A DNA stretch of 64,000 nt from Bacteroidia bacterium (GTDB taxonomy: Bacteria; Bacteroidota; Bacteroidia; JADZBD01), in assembly GCA_020054095.1 (NCBI GenBank), contig JAGVMA010000025.1, forward strand, positions 18,321 through 82,320, given 5' to 3'. Each line of letters begins with the position of its first letter. Position 1 is the first letter of the stretch. The translations under genes were made by a program, and so were the position numbers. This document shows, piece after piece, positions 1 to 8,993 of the stretch. A model generated the notes under the pieces. The model had not been told where the DNA came from. It saw only the letters and a list, made by a program, of their open reading frames with translations, and searched no databases.

Positions 1-444
1 TTTATTAAGCGGAATATTTATGGCCCAAAAATACCTTAACCTTAATTTAAAATTATTTTTTAAAAAACGTTCTTCAATTCTATATCTGTTCTGAAAAAAA
101 ACACGCTTTACCGCATACTTAGAAATATATTGCTGAAACAAACGATGTTCGGAGTTATTCGATTTTTCTGTTTCAGAAATATATTTTTCGGTATAAATAA
201 AACCATAACCCAGCAGCACGTTATTATTGTTAGGCGTAATATTGTAGCCAATGCCGGTGCGTAACAATAACTGTTCAATATCACCCACAAAATTATAGTT
301 GCGATACTGCACCTCGTTATGCCAATTAAATTTTGAATTAGTGGCATTGTTGCCAAAATACATTAACCAGTTGCCATTATCTTTTGGCTGAGCAAAGCTT
401 ACTGTGCTAAAATAAAGCAGCGCTATAATTATTCTTTTGTGCAT
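1..444 (-). CDS. Secreted hypothetical protein (DUF2490-like?), partial: N-terminus in window, C-terminus beyond window start
   Basis: Own translation of minus strand from ATG at 444: MHKRIIIALLYFSTVSFAQP... Signal peptide, frame stays open to position 1. Not in the supplied ORF track because the stop lies outside the window. Confidence 0.5.
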   Translation of the reverse strand, partial: MHKRIIIALLYFSTVSFAQPKDNGNWLMYFGNNATNSKFNWHNEVQYRNYNFVGDIEQLLLRTGIGYNITPNNNNVLLGYGFIYTEKYISETEKSNNSEHRLFQQYISKYAVKRVFFQNRYRIEERFLKNNFKLRLRYFWAINIPLNK

Positions 445-609
445 AATAACAAGTGTAAAAATACACATTAAGCATATGTCAACTAATTGCATCTGCTTAA
501 CATTAAATTAATATTAGTAACTATTATTTAACATTTGCTTTAATTACAATTTACCTTGTAATGTTTGCTTTGCGTTAATTATTTGTAAAACTAAAACTAA
601 CTGTAAATT

Positions 610-1842
610 ATGAAAATTAAGCTATTGTTAATCGCATTTATTTATTTTGTTCAATTGGCTAATATAAATGCCCAACAAAACATCGCTACCGATTCAATCA
701 CCAAAAAAGAAGAAAAACCGAAAGAGAAAAAGTGGTACGATAACTTTAGCATACGCGGCTATGCCCAAGTGCGTTACAATCGTTTATTCGAAACAAATGA
801 TTCGCTACGATGCGAACAATGCGACAGATCGTGGGGGTTAGATGGCGGATTTTTTTTAAGACGAATGCGCGTAATCATAAGCGGCAATGTGCACGATAGA
901 GTTTACATTTACATCCAACCCGATTTTGCTTCATCGGCATCGAGTACAGGATTACACTTTGGGCAACTGCGCGATGCCTATTTTGATGTATCGCTTGATA
1001 AGAAAAAAGAATTTCGGTTTCGTTTTGGGCAAAGTAAAATTCCTTTCGGTTTCGAGAATATGCAATCGAGTCAAAACCGACTGCCGCTCGACCGTAACGA
1101 TGCTCTAAATAGCTCATTATCGAATGAGCGAGACATGGGTATATTTTTTTACTGGGCTCCCGAAAAAATTCGCAAGCGTTTTGCTTCTCTTGTTAATGAT
1201 GGATTAAAAGGCAGTGGCGATTATGGTGTATTCGGCATTGGTGCTTATAACGGACAAACTGCAAACAAGCCCGAATCAAATGATGCGCCACACATTGTTA
1301 CGCGTTTATCTTATCCGTTTGAATTTAAAAACGGTCAAATTTTCGAAGCGGGATTTCAGGCATATACCGGTGAGTATGTGCTTACCAGCGATCAAATTTC
1401 ATCGGGCGTAAAAATTAATAAAGACAAAACTTATTTAGACCAGCGCATGGCTGCATCATTTGTTTTGTATCCCAAACCATTTGGCATACAAGCGGAATAT
1501 AACGTAGGCAAAGGTCCTGAGTACAATCCGAAAACCGATTCGATTGAAACACAAAATTTAACAGGCGGATACATCACAATGAGTTACATGGTGAAGCTGA
1601 AAAACCAAATTTTAATTCCCTTTGTGCGCGGGCAATATTACGATGGCGGCAAAAAACACGAAACAGATGCGCGCTCATATAAAGTAAACGAAATGGAATT
1701 GGGTATTGAGTGGCAGCCGTATAAAAACTTTGAAATAGTTGCCATGTGGACTATGAGCGAACGCAGATTCGAAGACTATAAACTTCCTGTGAATAACCAA
1801 AAAGGAAGTTTACTCCGATTACAGTTTCAAATGAATTATTAA
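610..1842 (+). CDS. Phosphate-selective porin O/P family outer-membrane porin
   Basis: Signal peptide MKIKLLLIAFIYFVQLANINAQ. Beta-barrel-like composition with FRFGQSKIPFGFEN and Porin_O_P-like motifs. Followed by a strong terminator. Confidence 0.7.
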   Translation: MKIKLLLIAFIYFVQLANINAQQNIATDSITKKEEKPKEKKWYDNFSIRGYAQVRYNRLFETNDSLRCEQCDRSWGLDGGFFLRRMRVIISGNVHDRVYIYIQPDFASSASSTGLHFGQLRDAYFDVSLDKKKEFRFRFGQSKIPFGFENMQSSQNRLPLDRNDALNSSLSNERDMGIFFYWAPEKIRKRFASLVNDGLKGSGDYGVFGIGAYNGQTANKPESNDAPHIVTRLSYPFEFKNGQIFEAGFQAYTGEYVLTSDQISSGVKINKDKTYLDQRMAASFVLYPKPFGIQAEYNVGKGPEYNPKTDSIETQNLTGGYITMSYMVKLKNQILIPFVRGQYYDGGKKHETDARSYKVNEMELGIEWQPYKNFEIVAMWTMSERRFEDYKLPVNNQKGSLLRLQFQMNY

Positions 1843-1867
1843 AAACAGATAGTTATAAAAACAAAAA

Positions 1868-1901
1868 AAGCGGGAGGGCAAATTTGCCCTCCCGCTTTTT
1901 T
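1868..1901. terminator. Rho-independent terminator (bidirectional hairpin gcgggagggca-aatt-tgccctcccgc plus T-tract)
   Basis: Perfect 11-bp GC-rich stem followed by ttttttt, flanked by A-run. Lies between convergent genes. Confidence 0.8.
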
Positions 1902-1918
1902 TGTAAAAGATATAAAAA

Positions 1919-2515
1919 TTATACGCCTAAAGTGCCCAAGCCAAACGCGGCAACCATTATCGAACTTACTATAACACCAATAATTGCATACGCCACTATC
2001 AATGCTAAAATAGATACAATTAAATAAACCACAGTTTTATCTTCAGGTGTTTTTTTCAAAACCGGAATACCTAAATACAAAAGGTAAATACCATACAAAC
2101 CAACCAATACGCCTAACATTGCCAACGATGGCAACACATTTAAAATACCACCCACAAAACCGGGTGTAAATGCATAAGCAACTAATTGTGTTGAACGCGC
2201 AATATTTTTTTCCGAACCAAATGATGGTGCTAATAAATCAACCACAAATGCTGTGATGGTAACACCAAGCAACGAGCCAGCAAAAGCTGTAACAGCATGC
2301 TGTATGCCCCAACTAATGCCAGTCACTTTACCAAAAAACGGAACATTATAGCCAATAAATCCATAACCTATAAATGCTGCAACTGTCGGTATTAATGCAA
2401 GCGGAATTACATAAGAAATTATCACGCTTGCCATTGTAGCTTCTTCCTCGGCCACCTTGCCCCATTCTTCTTTAGGGTTAATGATTATATTTTTTGCTCG
2501 TTCTACTAAATTCAT
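1919..2515 (-). CDS. Yip1-domain integral membrane protein
   Basis: 198 aa with 5 predicted TM segments. Yip1/DUF1282-like pattern: hydrophilic N-terminus then Gly-rich TM helices. Confidence 0.6.
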   Translation of the reverse strand: MNLVERAKNIIINPKEEWGKVAEEEATMASVIISYVIPLALIPTVAAFIGYGFIGYNVPFFGKVTGISWGIQHAVTAFAGSLLGVTITAFVVDLLAPSFGSEKNIARSTQLVAYAFTPGFVGGILNVLPSLAMLGVLVGLYGIYLLYLGIPVLKKTPEDKTVVYLIVSILALIVAYAIIGVIVSSIMVAAFGLGTLGV

Positions 2516-2551
2516 ATTCTATAATTTTAATAAAGTGTAAATGTAAAAAAT

Positions 2552-2989
2552 CTATTTATAATCAGCGACAATCATTTCGGCCACTTTTTTATCTATTGGA
2601 AAAGTAAATATATCGGCACACAGTTCCTCTAATGTTACCCACCTGAACGAAAACACATCGCCATTGGTAGTTTCAAATTGCATTTTTTGTTTCGAGGTTT
2701 TAAATTCTATTGCCGAGTTAAATTTCACTAAATAGTAAATACTTATTACCTGACTTTTTTTATCGAAAGCGGAAGGCACAAAAAAATCAGTAGTAAAAAA
2801 ATGGTTGAGTACTTCCACTTTTTGCCCTGTCTCTTCCATAAACTCACGCGCAAGGCAATCTCTTGTTCCTTCGCCAAATTCTAAACCACCACCGGGCAGC
2901 TTGGTAATTTCCATTCCTTTTATGCGCTCATCGGCAACCAATAAATTACCCTCCTGAATGCAAATACCATACACACGAACATTAAACAT
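2552..2989 (-). CDS. NUDIX hydrolase
   Basis: Canonical Nudix box GGGLEFGEGTRDCLAREFMEETG. Confidence 0.85.
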   Translation of the reverse strand: MFNVRVYGICIQEGNLLVADERIKGMEITKLPGGGLEFGEGTRDCLAREFMEETGQKVEVLNHFFTTDFFVPSAFDKKSQVISIYYLVKFNSAIEFKTSKQKMQFETTNGDVFSFRWVTLEELCADIFTFPIDKKVAEMIVADYK

Positions 2990-3142
2990 TTTTTAAAACT
3001 AAAGAATAAAGTATTAAGTACAAAGTATTTTGTATTAAGGTTGCAAGCTACAAGAGGTATGACATAGTATCCAAAACTTGTCATTCTGAACGAAGTGCAG
3101 AATCTCTAAAACAAATAAAATTACAACTCCGATATATTGGAA

Positions 3143-3877
3143 TTATAATTTTATTGCCCTCAGCATTTCGCGTTTGCCGGGTGGGCCTTGCAGTTTTTCT
3201 GTTTTAAATCCAGCTGATTGCATTGCTCTGCGAACATCGCCTTTAGCGCAATAGGTAACCAATGTTCCACCTGTATTAAGCAGCGTGTGCATTTTACCGA
3301 AAATTTCCTGCGTCCACATTTCGGGTTGAACACGCGGAGCAAAAGCATCAAAAAATATTAAATCGTAATTTTTATATGGCACAAAACATTGCACCGATGT
3401 GCTGATTTTTGTGAGCCAAAATTTTTCAGTGATTTTTTCTGCAACATCCCAATTGGGGTTGTGCAATTTTTCAAAATAATTATTGCCATCGGCAACTTGT
3501 GTTGCATAATTTAACCGGGCAATAATAGCAGCATTAAGCGGAAATGCCTCCAATGCATCGTAACTAACATTACAATTTAACTGTTCGGCTGCAATGCAAG
3601 TTAGCAATGCATTAAGCCCGGTGCCAAAACCAATTTCTAAAATATTTATTTCTTGATTATGGATGCTTCGGCTACGCTCAGCATCCTTATTGATATTACT
3701 GTGGATGCTGAGCGTAGCTGAAGCATCGGGAGAAGTGTCAATGAAATAATTAAGTCCATTATTTATAAAAACATACAAGCTCTCTTGCACCGCACCGTGC
3801 CGCGAGTGATAAGTTTCATCAAGCACAGCATTATATATGCTGTGCGACCCATCGGTGGTTGTAATTAATTGTAGCAC
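3143..3877 (-). CDS. MnmC2/MnmD-like SAM-dependent tRNA (mnm5s2U34) methyltransferase; contains an in-frame palindromic insert
   Basis: Motifs IGFGTGLN and FFDAFAP...W...GG..TY, as in the MnmC C-terminal (Methyltransf_30) domain. Insert at 3661..3727. Confidence 0.6.
   Translation of the reverse strand: MLQLITTTDGSHSIYNAVLDETYHSRHGAVQESLYVFINNGLNYFIDTSPDASATLSIHSNINKDAERSRSIHNQEINILEIGFGTGLNALLTCIAAEQLNCNVSYDALEAFPLNAAIIARLNYATQVADGNNYFEKLHNPNWDVAEKITEKFWLTKISTSVQCFVPYKNYDLIFFDAFAPRVQPEMWTQEIFGKMHTLLNTGGTLVTYCAKGDVRRAMQSAGFKTEKLQGPPGKREMLRAIKL
3661..3727. repeat. 66-bp nested inverted-repeat element inside the mnmC2-like CDS (24/25-bp arms, each arm itself a 6-bp-stem hairpin)
   Basis: ggatgcttcggctacgctcagcatcc ...16 nt... 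ggatgctgagcgtagctgaagcatc. Length is a multiple of 3 and encodes DASATLSIHSNINKDAERSRSIH. Confidence 0.7.
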
Positions 3878-3916
3878 GAATACTTAATCTTATCACCAAA
3901 TAAATTACAATATATT

Positions 3917-5983
3917 CTACTTACTCAAAATCTCAAATTCGGTTCTGCGGTTATTTTGCAGTCCTTCTTCGGTATCGTTACTGTCAATAGGTTTGGTTTC
4001 GCCATAGCCGGCAGATTTTAATCGGTCTTTGCTAATGCCTTTTGCCACTAAATAATCTACCACGGCTTTTGCGCGCGCATCAGATAATTTTAGGTTATGG
4101 TCATCGCTGCCGCGGCTATCGGTGTGTCCGCTTATTTCTATTTTAAGTGTAGGTATATCGTTAAGCAATTTTATAAGGCGCTCCAATTCGGCAGTACTTT
4201 CTGATCGCAAGGTAGATTTATCGGTATCGAAGAAAATATTTTTCAATACAATTTTACTTCCCACCTTCACGTTTTTAAGTTGCACATCTTTGTTCACTTC
4301 TTGGTAGCCGTTGGTTAGTGGTATGTCAAAATTTTCGGAGTGAAATAAATAGCCCTCGCATTTAACGGCAATACCATAATTTTTTCCGGCCGGCAGTGAT
4401 ACTAAGTATTTGCCCGTGCTTCCGTTAGATTGGAAAGTGGCAATAATTTCGTTTTTAGTATTATCCACTAATTCAATGGTTGCTTGCAGTGGTTTTTGAG
4501 TAATGGCATCGGTAATAATTCCTTTTAATAAAGTAAGTTGCGGCACGGTAACGTCCACTTTTTGCATCACCACGGTTTCTTTAATAGGCGCTGTAAGCGA
4601 AGCCAACAAATTATCTTCGTTACTCATTACGGGTGGTTTTTCGGCACCCAAAAAAGTAATCATGTACACATCGGCATCGCCTTTTCCATCGGGCTTAATA
4701 GATGTGTAATAACCATGTTTACCACTTGCTGATAGTACAAAGAAAACATCTTGATCGGGCGAGTTAATGGGATAGCCCATGTTTTCGGGCTTGCTCCATG
4801 TTTTAGTTTTTTCATCGTACACAGTTTTAAATACGTCTAATCCGCCCATTGAGTTATGTCCTTCTGATGAAAAATAAAGTGTTTTGCCATCGGGGTGAAT
4901 AAAAACCGCATCTTCATCATAAGCAGTATTAATGCCTGTGCCCAAACTAACGGGCGCTCCCCATTTTCCTTTTTCATCCAGTTTGCTCATAAAAATGTCG
5001 TGCTTGCCAAGTCCTCCCTCAGGTTTATCGCTGGTAAAATAAATAGTTTTGCCATCGGGCGAAATACATGCGCCTGATTCGTGATAATCCGAATTAATAT
5101 TTTTATTCAGCTTTTCGGGTTTGCCCCACACGCCATTTTTATTTTCGCAGATATAAATATTTCCGCTTCCGTTTTTCTTGTCGTCCAAATAAATTAAAAG
5201 TGTTTGTCCATCGGCACTTACCGATGAAACTGCATCGTGCCTGTTTTTAGTATTCACGGGTTCGCCCATATTCACGGATGTTATCCATTGTCCGTTTTTG
5301 CGGTAGGTGATATAAATATCTTCGTAATGCTGATTAATTTCAATATCCATGCCGCCACCGGTAGTAGTGTTTCTGCGCGATGTAAACATCATCACACTTT
5401 CATCGGCCGAAATTACGGCACCGTATTCAGGGTCGGCTGAGTTAACTGTTGAGCCAATGTTATCAATAAAAACTCGCACCGGTTTTTGCACCAATTCTTT
5501 TCCATTTTTGCACTCGGTAATTTTTTTACCTGCCGTTTGGTAAAACTCGGTATTGTTCATCTCTTTTGCCACAGTCAAAAACTTTTGATACGATGCAATA
5601 GCTTTATCCCACTCCATAGAAAGGTGATATGTGCGTGCCAACCAATAGTGAATATCGGGCGCTACAATGGGATTAAGTTTATAAGCCAATTCTAAATAAG
5701 TGGTGGCTTTGCCTTTAAAACTACTGTGCAGGTAACACAAGCCAATTTTAAAATTTAAAAGCGCATTGTTAGGATTAAAATCATTCGCTTTGATATAAAA
5801 CGGTAATGCCGATGAATAATAAGCTGTGCTTCGCCCAAAAAAATCATCGCCATTTTCGATATTATTAATGGCATCTTTTAATTCGTCTTTTCGGTCTTTA
5901 AAATTTTCTTTTTTAAATTCCACGTTCACTTGCGCAACTATTGCAAGCGGAAAGAAAAGAAGGGTGTAAAATATTTTTTTCAT
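3917..5983 (-). CDS. OmpA-family protein (signal peptide, TPR, WD40-like/PD40 beta-propeller repeats, C-terminal OmpA_C peptidoglycan-binding domain)
   Basis: OmpA_C signature NIFFDTDKSTLR...ISGHTDSRGSDDHNLKLSDARAKAV...NRRTEF. Repeated PD40-like blocks. Start set at MKKIFYTLLFF (signal peptide). Confidence 0.8.
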   Translation of the reverse strand: MKKIFYTLLFFPLAIVAQVNVEFKKENFKDRKDELKDAINNIENGDDFFGRSTAYYSSALPFYIKANDFNPNNALLNFKIGLCYLHSSFKGKATTYLELAYKLNPIVAPDIHYWLARTYHLSMEWDKAIASYQKFLTVAKEMNNTEFYQTAGKKITECKNGKELVQKPVRVFIDNIGSTVNSADPEYGAVISADESVMMFTSRRNTTTGGGMDIEINQHYEDIYITYRKNGQWITSVNMGEPVNTKNRHDAVSSVSADGQTLLIYLDDKKNGSGNIYICENKNGVWGKPEKLNKNINSDYHESGACISPDGKTIYFTSDKPEGGLGKHDIFMSKLDEKGKWGAPVSLGTGINTAYDEDAVFIHPDGKTLYFSSEGHNSMGGLDVFKTVYDEKTKTWSKPENMGYPINSPDQDVFFVLSASGKHGYYTSIKPDGKGDADVYMITFLGAEKPPVMSNEDNLLASLTAPIKETVVMQKVDVTVPQLTLLKGIITDAITQKPLQATIELVDNTKNEIIATFQSNGSTGKYLVSLPAGKNYGIAVKCEGYLFHSENFDIPLTNGYQEVNKDVQLKNVKVGSKIVLKNIFFDTDKSTLRSESTAELERLIKLLNDIPTLKIEISGHTDSRGSDDHNLKLSDARAKAVVDYLVAKGISKDRLKSAGYGETKPIDSNDTEEGLQNNRRTEFEILSK

Positions 5984-6002
5984 AACAGATATAATTAATG
6001 AG

Positions 6003-7040
6003 TTAATCGCAAGTTGAAGAATAAGTTTTACCATCGGCTACGCCTAATTTTTGGGCTGTTTTCCAATCGGCACAGCAACTGTCATCGCGCAGCATTTGCT
6101 TGGCAATACCACGATTTAAAAACGCTTCGCCATAATTGCTGTTAAGCTGAATGGCTTTATCGCAATCAGCAACAGCGCCTTTGTAATCTTTTAATTTAAT
6201 TTTTGCACCCGCACGATTATTGTATGCAAAAGCATAATCGCTTTTTATTTTTATTGCCAAATCAAAATCGTTAATCGCATCTTGGTATTGGCCATCGTCA
6301 TACTTGGCACTGCCTCTGTTGTTGTAATAAAGTGCAGTGGGCTTTAATTTAATTGCATTGGTATAAGCATCTATCGCTTGTTTGTAATCGCCTTTTTTGC
6401 GGTAAACGCTGCCCAAATTATTCCACACAAAATCTACATTCATATCAATAGATATAGCGCTTTTATAATCAGTAATAGCGCCTGTGTAATCATCAATCAT
6501 TCGCTTGGCGCTCGCGCGGTCGTTATAGGCATACATATAATCGGATTTATTAGTGATGGCGCTTGTGAAATCGGCAATAGCGCCTTTGTAATCTTTGTTT
6601 TCAAATTTTATTCCGCCACGGTAATAGTATGCTTGCGCGTATGCCGGATTATTTTCGATACACTTGGAGTAATCGTTAAGTGCATCGTCTTTTTTACCTG
6701 TAGCATAATTTGCTTGTCCACGACTAAAGTATGCCACATCGCTTTTAGCATTTAGCTCAATAGTTTTGTTGTAATCGGCAATAGCACCTTGCACATCTTT
6801 GAGTTCAAATTTTGTAATGCCACGGTTGTAGTATGCTTTTTCAAAATCGGGCTTGGCGGTAATTGCCTGATTAAAATTAGCAAGTGCTTCGCTGTACTGC
6901 TTATTAGCAAAATAAGTGATGCCTGTGTTGTAAAAATTTTCAGCATCTTGGTTTATCCCGCCCACTTTCACAGTGTCTTGAGCATTTGCCGCCACCGAAA
7001 AAAACAGAACGGCAGCAAGTAGTTTTATTTTTCTTATCAT
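6003..7040 (-). CDS. TPR-repeat protein (secreted/lipoprotein-like)
   Basis: Signal peptide plus about 9 tandem 34-aa TPR units (AYYNRG.../A.DYNKAI... pattern). Confidence 0.75.
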   Translation of the reverse strand: MIRKIKLLAAVLFFSVAANAQDTVKVGGINQDAENFYNTGITYFANKQYSEALANFNQAITAKPDFEKAYYNRGITKFELKDVQGAIADYNKTIELNAKSDVAYFSRGQANYATGKKDDALNDYSKCIENNPAYAQAYYYRGGIKFENKDYKGAIADFTSAITNKSDYMYAYNDRASAKRMIDDYTGAITDYKSAISIDMNVDFVWNNLGSVYRKKGDYKQAIDAYTNAIKLKPTALYYNNRGSAKYDDGQYQDAINDFDLAIKIKSDYAFAYNNRAGAKIKLKDYKGAVADCDKAIQLNSNYGEAFLNRGIAKQMLRDDSCCADWKTAQKLGVADGKTYSSTCD

Positions 7041-7092
7041 AACTAAAATATTGAAGCGTTAAAGTAGTAATTATAGTAAAAAGTGCAAAAAT

Positions 7093-7410
7093 CTAATGTG
7101 CATCAAAATAAAAAGAGCCGGCAGGTGAATCGAAAATTGCTTTTTCGAGTTTCATGATTGCATCTTCTACCAAATGATTGTTATTGACTTCTTGCGCCAA
7201 AAGTTCGGCTACAGCCGATGTGTTTATTTGCGTAAGCGGAGTTTGCAACAGCAGCAGCACATCTTGTGTTGCGCGTTTATAATACAGTACCACGAAATAT
7301 GAAACATCTATTTGCAAAACATGAGTAAACGATTGCTTGTAGCCATTGGCAGGAATTTGATTTTTCTCGATAAAATCAAAAACAAAAGCCGGATTAGTGT
7401 TTAATTGCAC
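7093..7410 (-). CDS. Hypothetical protein (105 aa)
   Basis: ORF with reasonable codon usage between flanking genes. No recognised motif. Confidence 0.35.
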   Translation of the reverse strand: MQLNTNPAFVFDFIEKNQIPANGYKQSFTHVLQIDVSYFVVLYYKRATQDVLLLLQTPLTQINTSAVAELLAQEVNNNHLVEDAIMKLEKAIFDSPAGSFYFDAH

Positions 7411-7478
7411 AGTGTAAAAATATTATAAATGTTTTAGTATTTTTGGATGCTATAAAACAAATAACAATACAATAATAA

Positions 7479-8090
7479 ATGGCAGCAGTTTATCGTTTCA
7501 GAATTACGTTCGAAGAGTTTGATGATGTTTACCGAGAAATAGAAATAAAATCAACTCAAACTTTTTTTGATTTTCACAATGCAATACAAAAGGCAATAGG
7601 ATTTGACAACACAAAGGATGCATCGTTTTTCATGAGTGATGATAACTGGGGCAAAAACAATGAAGTAGCTTTGTACGAACGCAAAGGGCAAAAGGTGCGA
7701 ATGATGGATGCCGCAAAAGTTTCGTTATTTATTGAGCAGCCGCGCCAAAAAATATTATACTTATTTGATCCTGAAAAAGAATGGACATTTTTGATAGAGC
7801 TTATAAAAATAACCGAAGAAAATGCCAAAGTGAGCTACCCTGCGTGTGTGCGGCAAATAGGCATGGCGCCTAAGCAGTATAAGAACGTAACACCTCCTGT
7901 TCCGGATGAAGATGAGGAAGAAGAATTGCCAACTGATAAAAAAGAAAAAATATTTACCAGCGAAGAGGGTTATGATGAAGAGGAAAAAGATGAAGACATG
8001 ATGGAAGATGGTGCTGAAAGTGAAGAGGGCGAAGAAAAAGGTGAAGAAGAAGAAACGGCAGAGCATGGCGAAGAATCGGATGAGATATAA
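7479..8090 (+). CDS. pRiA4b ORF-3-like family protein with poly-acidic (E/D-rich) C-terminal tail
   Basis: N-terminal VYRFRITFEEF..REIEI...FHNAIQKAIGFD...SFF...DDNW and LYLFDPEKEWTFLIELI match the PRiA4_ORF3-type pattern. Last 60 aa are about 60% Glu/Asp. Stop overlaps the miaA start (TAAATG). Confidence 0.5.
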   Translation: MAAVYRFRITFEEFDDVYREIEIKSTQTFFDFHNAIQKAIGFDNTKDASFFMSDDNWGKNNEVALYERKGQKVRMMDAAKVSLFIEQPRQKILYLFDPEKEWTFLIELIKITEENAKVSYPACVRQIGMAPKQYKNVTPPVPDEDEEEELPTDKKEKIFTSEEGYDEEEKDEDMMEDGAESEEGEEKGEEEETAEHGEESDEI

Positions 8091-8990
8091 ATGTTACAAA
8101 AGAAATTAGTTTGTATAGTAGGTCCTACCGCTATTGGCAAAACGGCTGTGGCAATTGAGCTTGCTAAGTTTTTAAATACCGAAATTGTTTCGGCTGATTC
8201 CAGACAAATTTTTAAAGAAATGCAAATAGGCACTGCTGTGCCATCGGCCGCTGAGCTGGCCGCTATTAAACATCATTTTATACAATCGCACAGGGTAACA
8301 GAAAATTACAATGCCGGAAAATACGAAGCGGAGGCAATTCAATTGCTTGATGAATTATTTAAAAAACACGATACGCTGGTAATGGTTGGCGGTAGCGGAT
8401 TATACATAGATGCCGTGAGTAAAGGTTTTGATAAACTGCCAAGTGTGGAAGAAAAAACAAGGAATGAGTTGATTGAACTTTATGCTAAAAAAGGAATAGA
8501 CGCTTTGCACGAATTATTAAAACAACACGATAAAGATTATTATAATGAAGTGGATTTGAATAATCCACACCGCATTATGCGCGCACTCGAAGTGTGTTTA
8601 ACAACCAACATGCCCTACTCTGCTTTGCGAACAAAAACCGATAAGAAAAGGAGTTTTAAAACCATTTTTATTGGCTTGAATACTGAGCGAGACATTTTAT
8701 ACAAGCGAATAAATAACCGTGTGGATGAAATGATGGAAAACGGATTGCTTGCCGAAGTAAAATCGCTTTTGCATTTAAAAGATTGCAATGCACTGCAAAC
8801 AGTAGGTTACAAGGAGTTATTTGAGCACTTAGGGGGTAAAACAAATTTGCAAGATGCAATAACCAAAATAAAACAAAACACCCGCAACTTTGCTAAACGA
8901 CAAATCACTTGGTTTAATAAAAACAATACAACTCAGTGGTTTGCACCTAACGAAATAGAAAATATAATAAAAGCTGCTGCCGCAAACTAA
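8091..8990 (+). CDS. miaA: tRNA dimethylallyltransferase
   Basis: P-loop VGPTAIGKT plus SADSRQI[FY]K.M.IGTA signature. Full-length 299 aa. Confidence 0.9.
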   Translation: MLQKKLVCIVGPTAIGKTAVAIELAKFLNTEIVSADSRQIFKEMQIGTAVPSAAELAAIKHHFIQSHRVTENYNAGKYEAEAIQLLDELFKKHDTLVMVGGSGLYIDAVSKGFDKLPSVEEKTRNELIELYAKKGIDALHELLKQHDKDYYNEVDLNNPHRIMRALEVCLTTNMPYSALRTKTDKKRSFKTIFIGLNTERDILYKRINNRVDEMMENGLLAEVKSLLHLKDCNALQTVGYKELFEHLGGKTNLQDAITKIKQNTRNFAKRQITWFNKNNTTQWFAPNEIENIIKAAAAN

Positions 8991-8993
8991 GAA

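Noticed and set aside
108-356. 82-aa track ORF on the minus strand
   Set aside because: It lies in a different frame, fully inside the better-supported 1..444 minus-strand gene (signal peptide, longer, open to the window edge), and has an odd Cys/Trp-rich composition. Spurious overlapping frame.
4122-5695. Several 60-70-aa plus-strand ORFs (4122..4307, 4503..4732, 4895..5077, 5237..5543, 5486..5695)
   Set aside because: All are antisense to the well-supported OmpA/PD40 gene, short and motif-less. Typical shadow ORFs.
6378-7022. Plus-strand ORFs 6378..6755 and 6789..7022
   Set aside because: Antisense to the TPR gene. Cys/Phe-rich shadow frames of the repetitive TPR coding sequence.
7761-8233. 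Minus-strand ORFs 7761..8066 and 7970..8233 (Phe-rich, Ser-rich)
   Set aside because: Antisense translations of the GAA/GAT-rich acidic-tail coding region and the miaA 5' end. Low-complexity artefacts.
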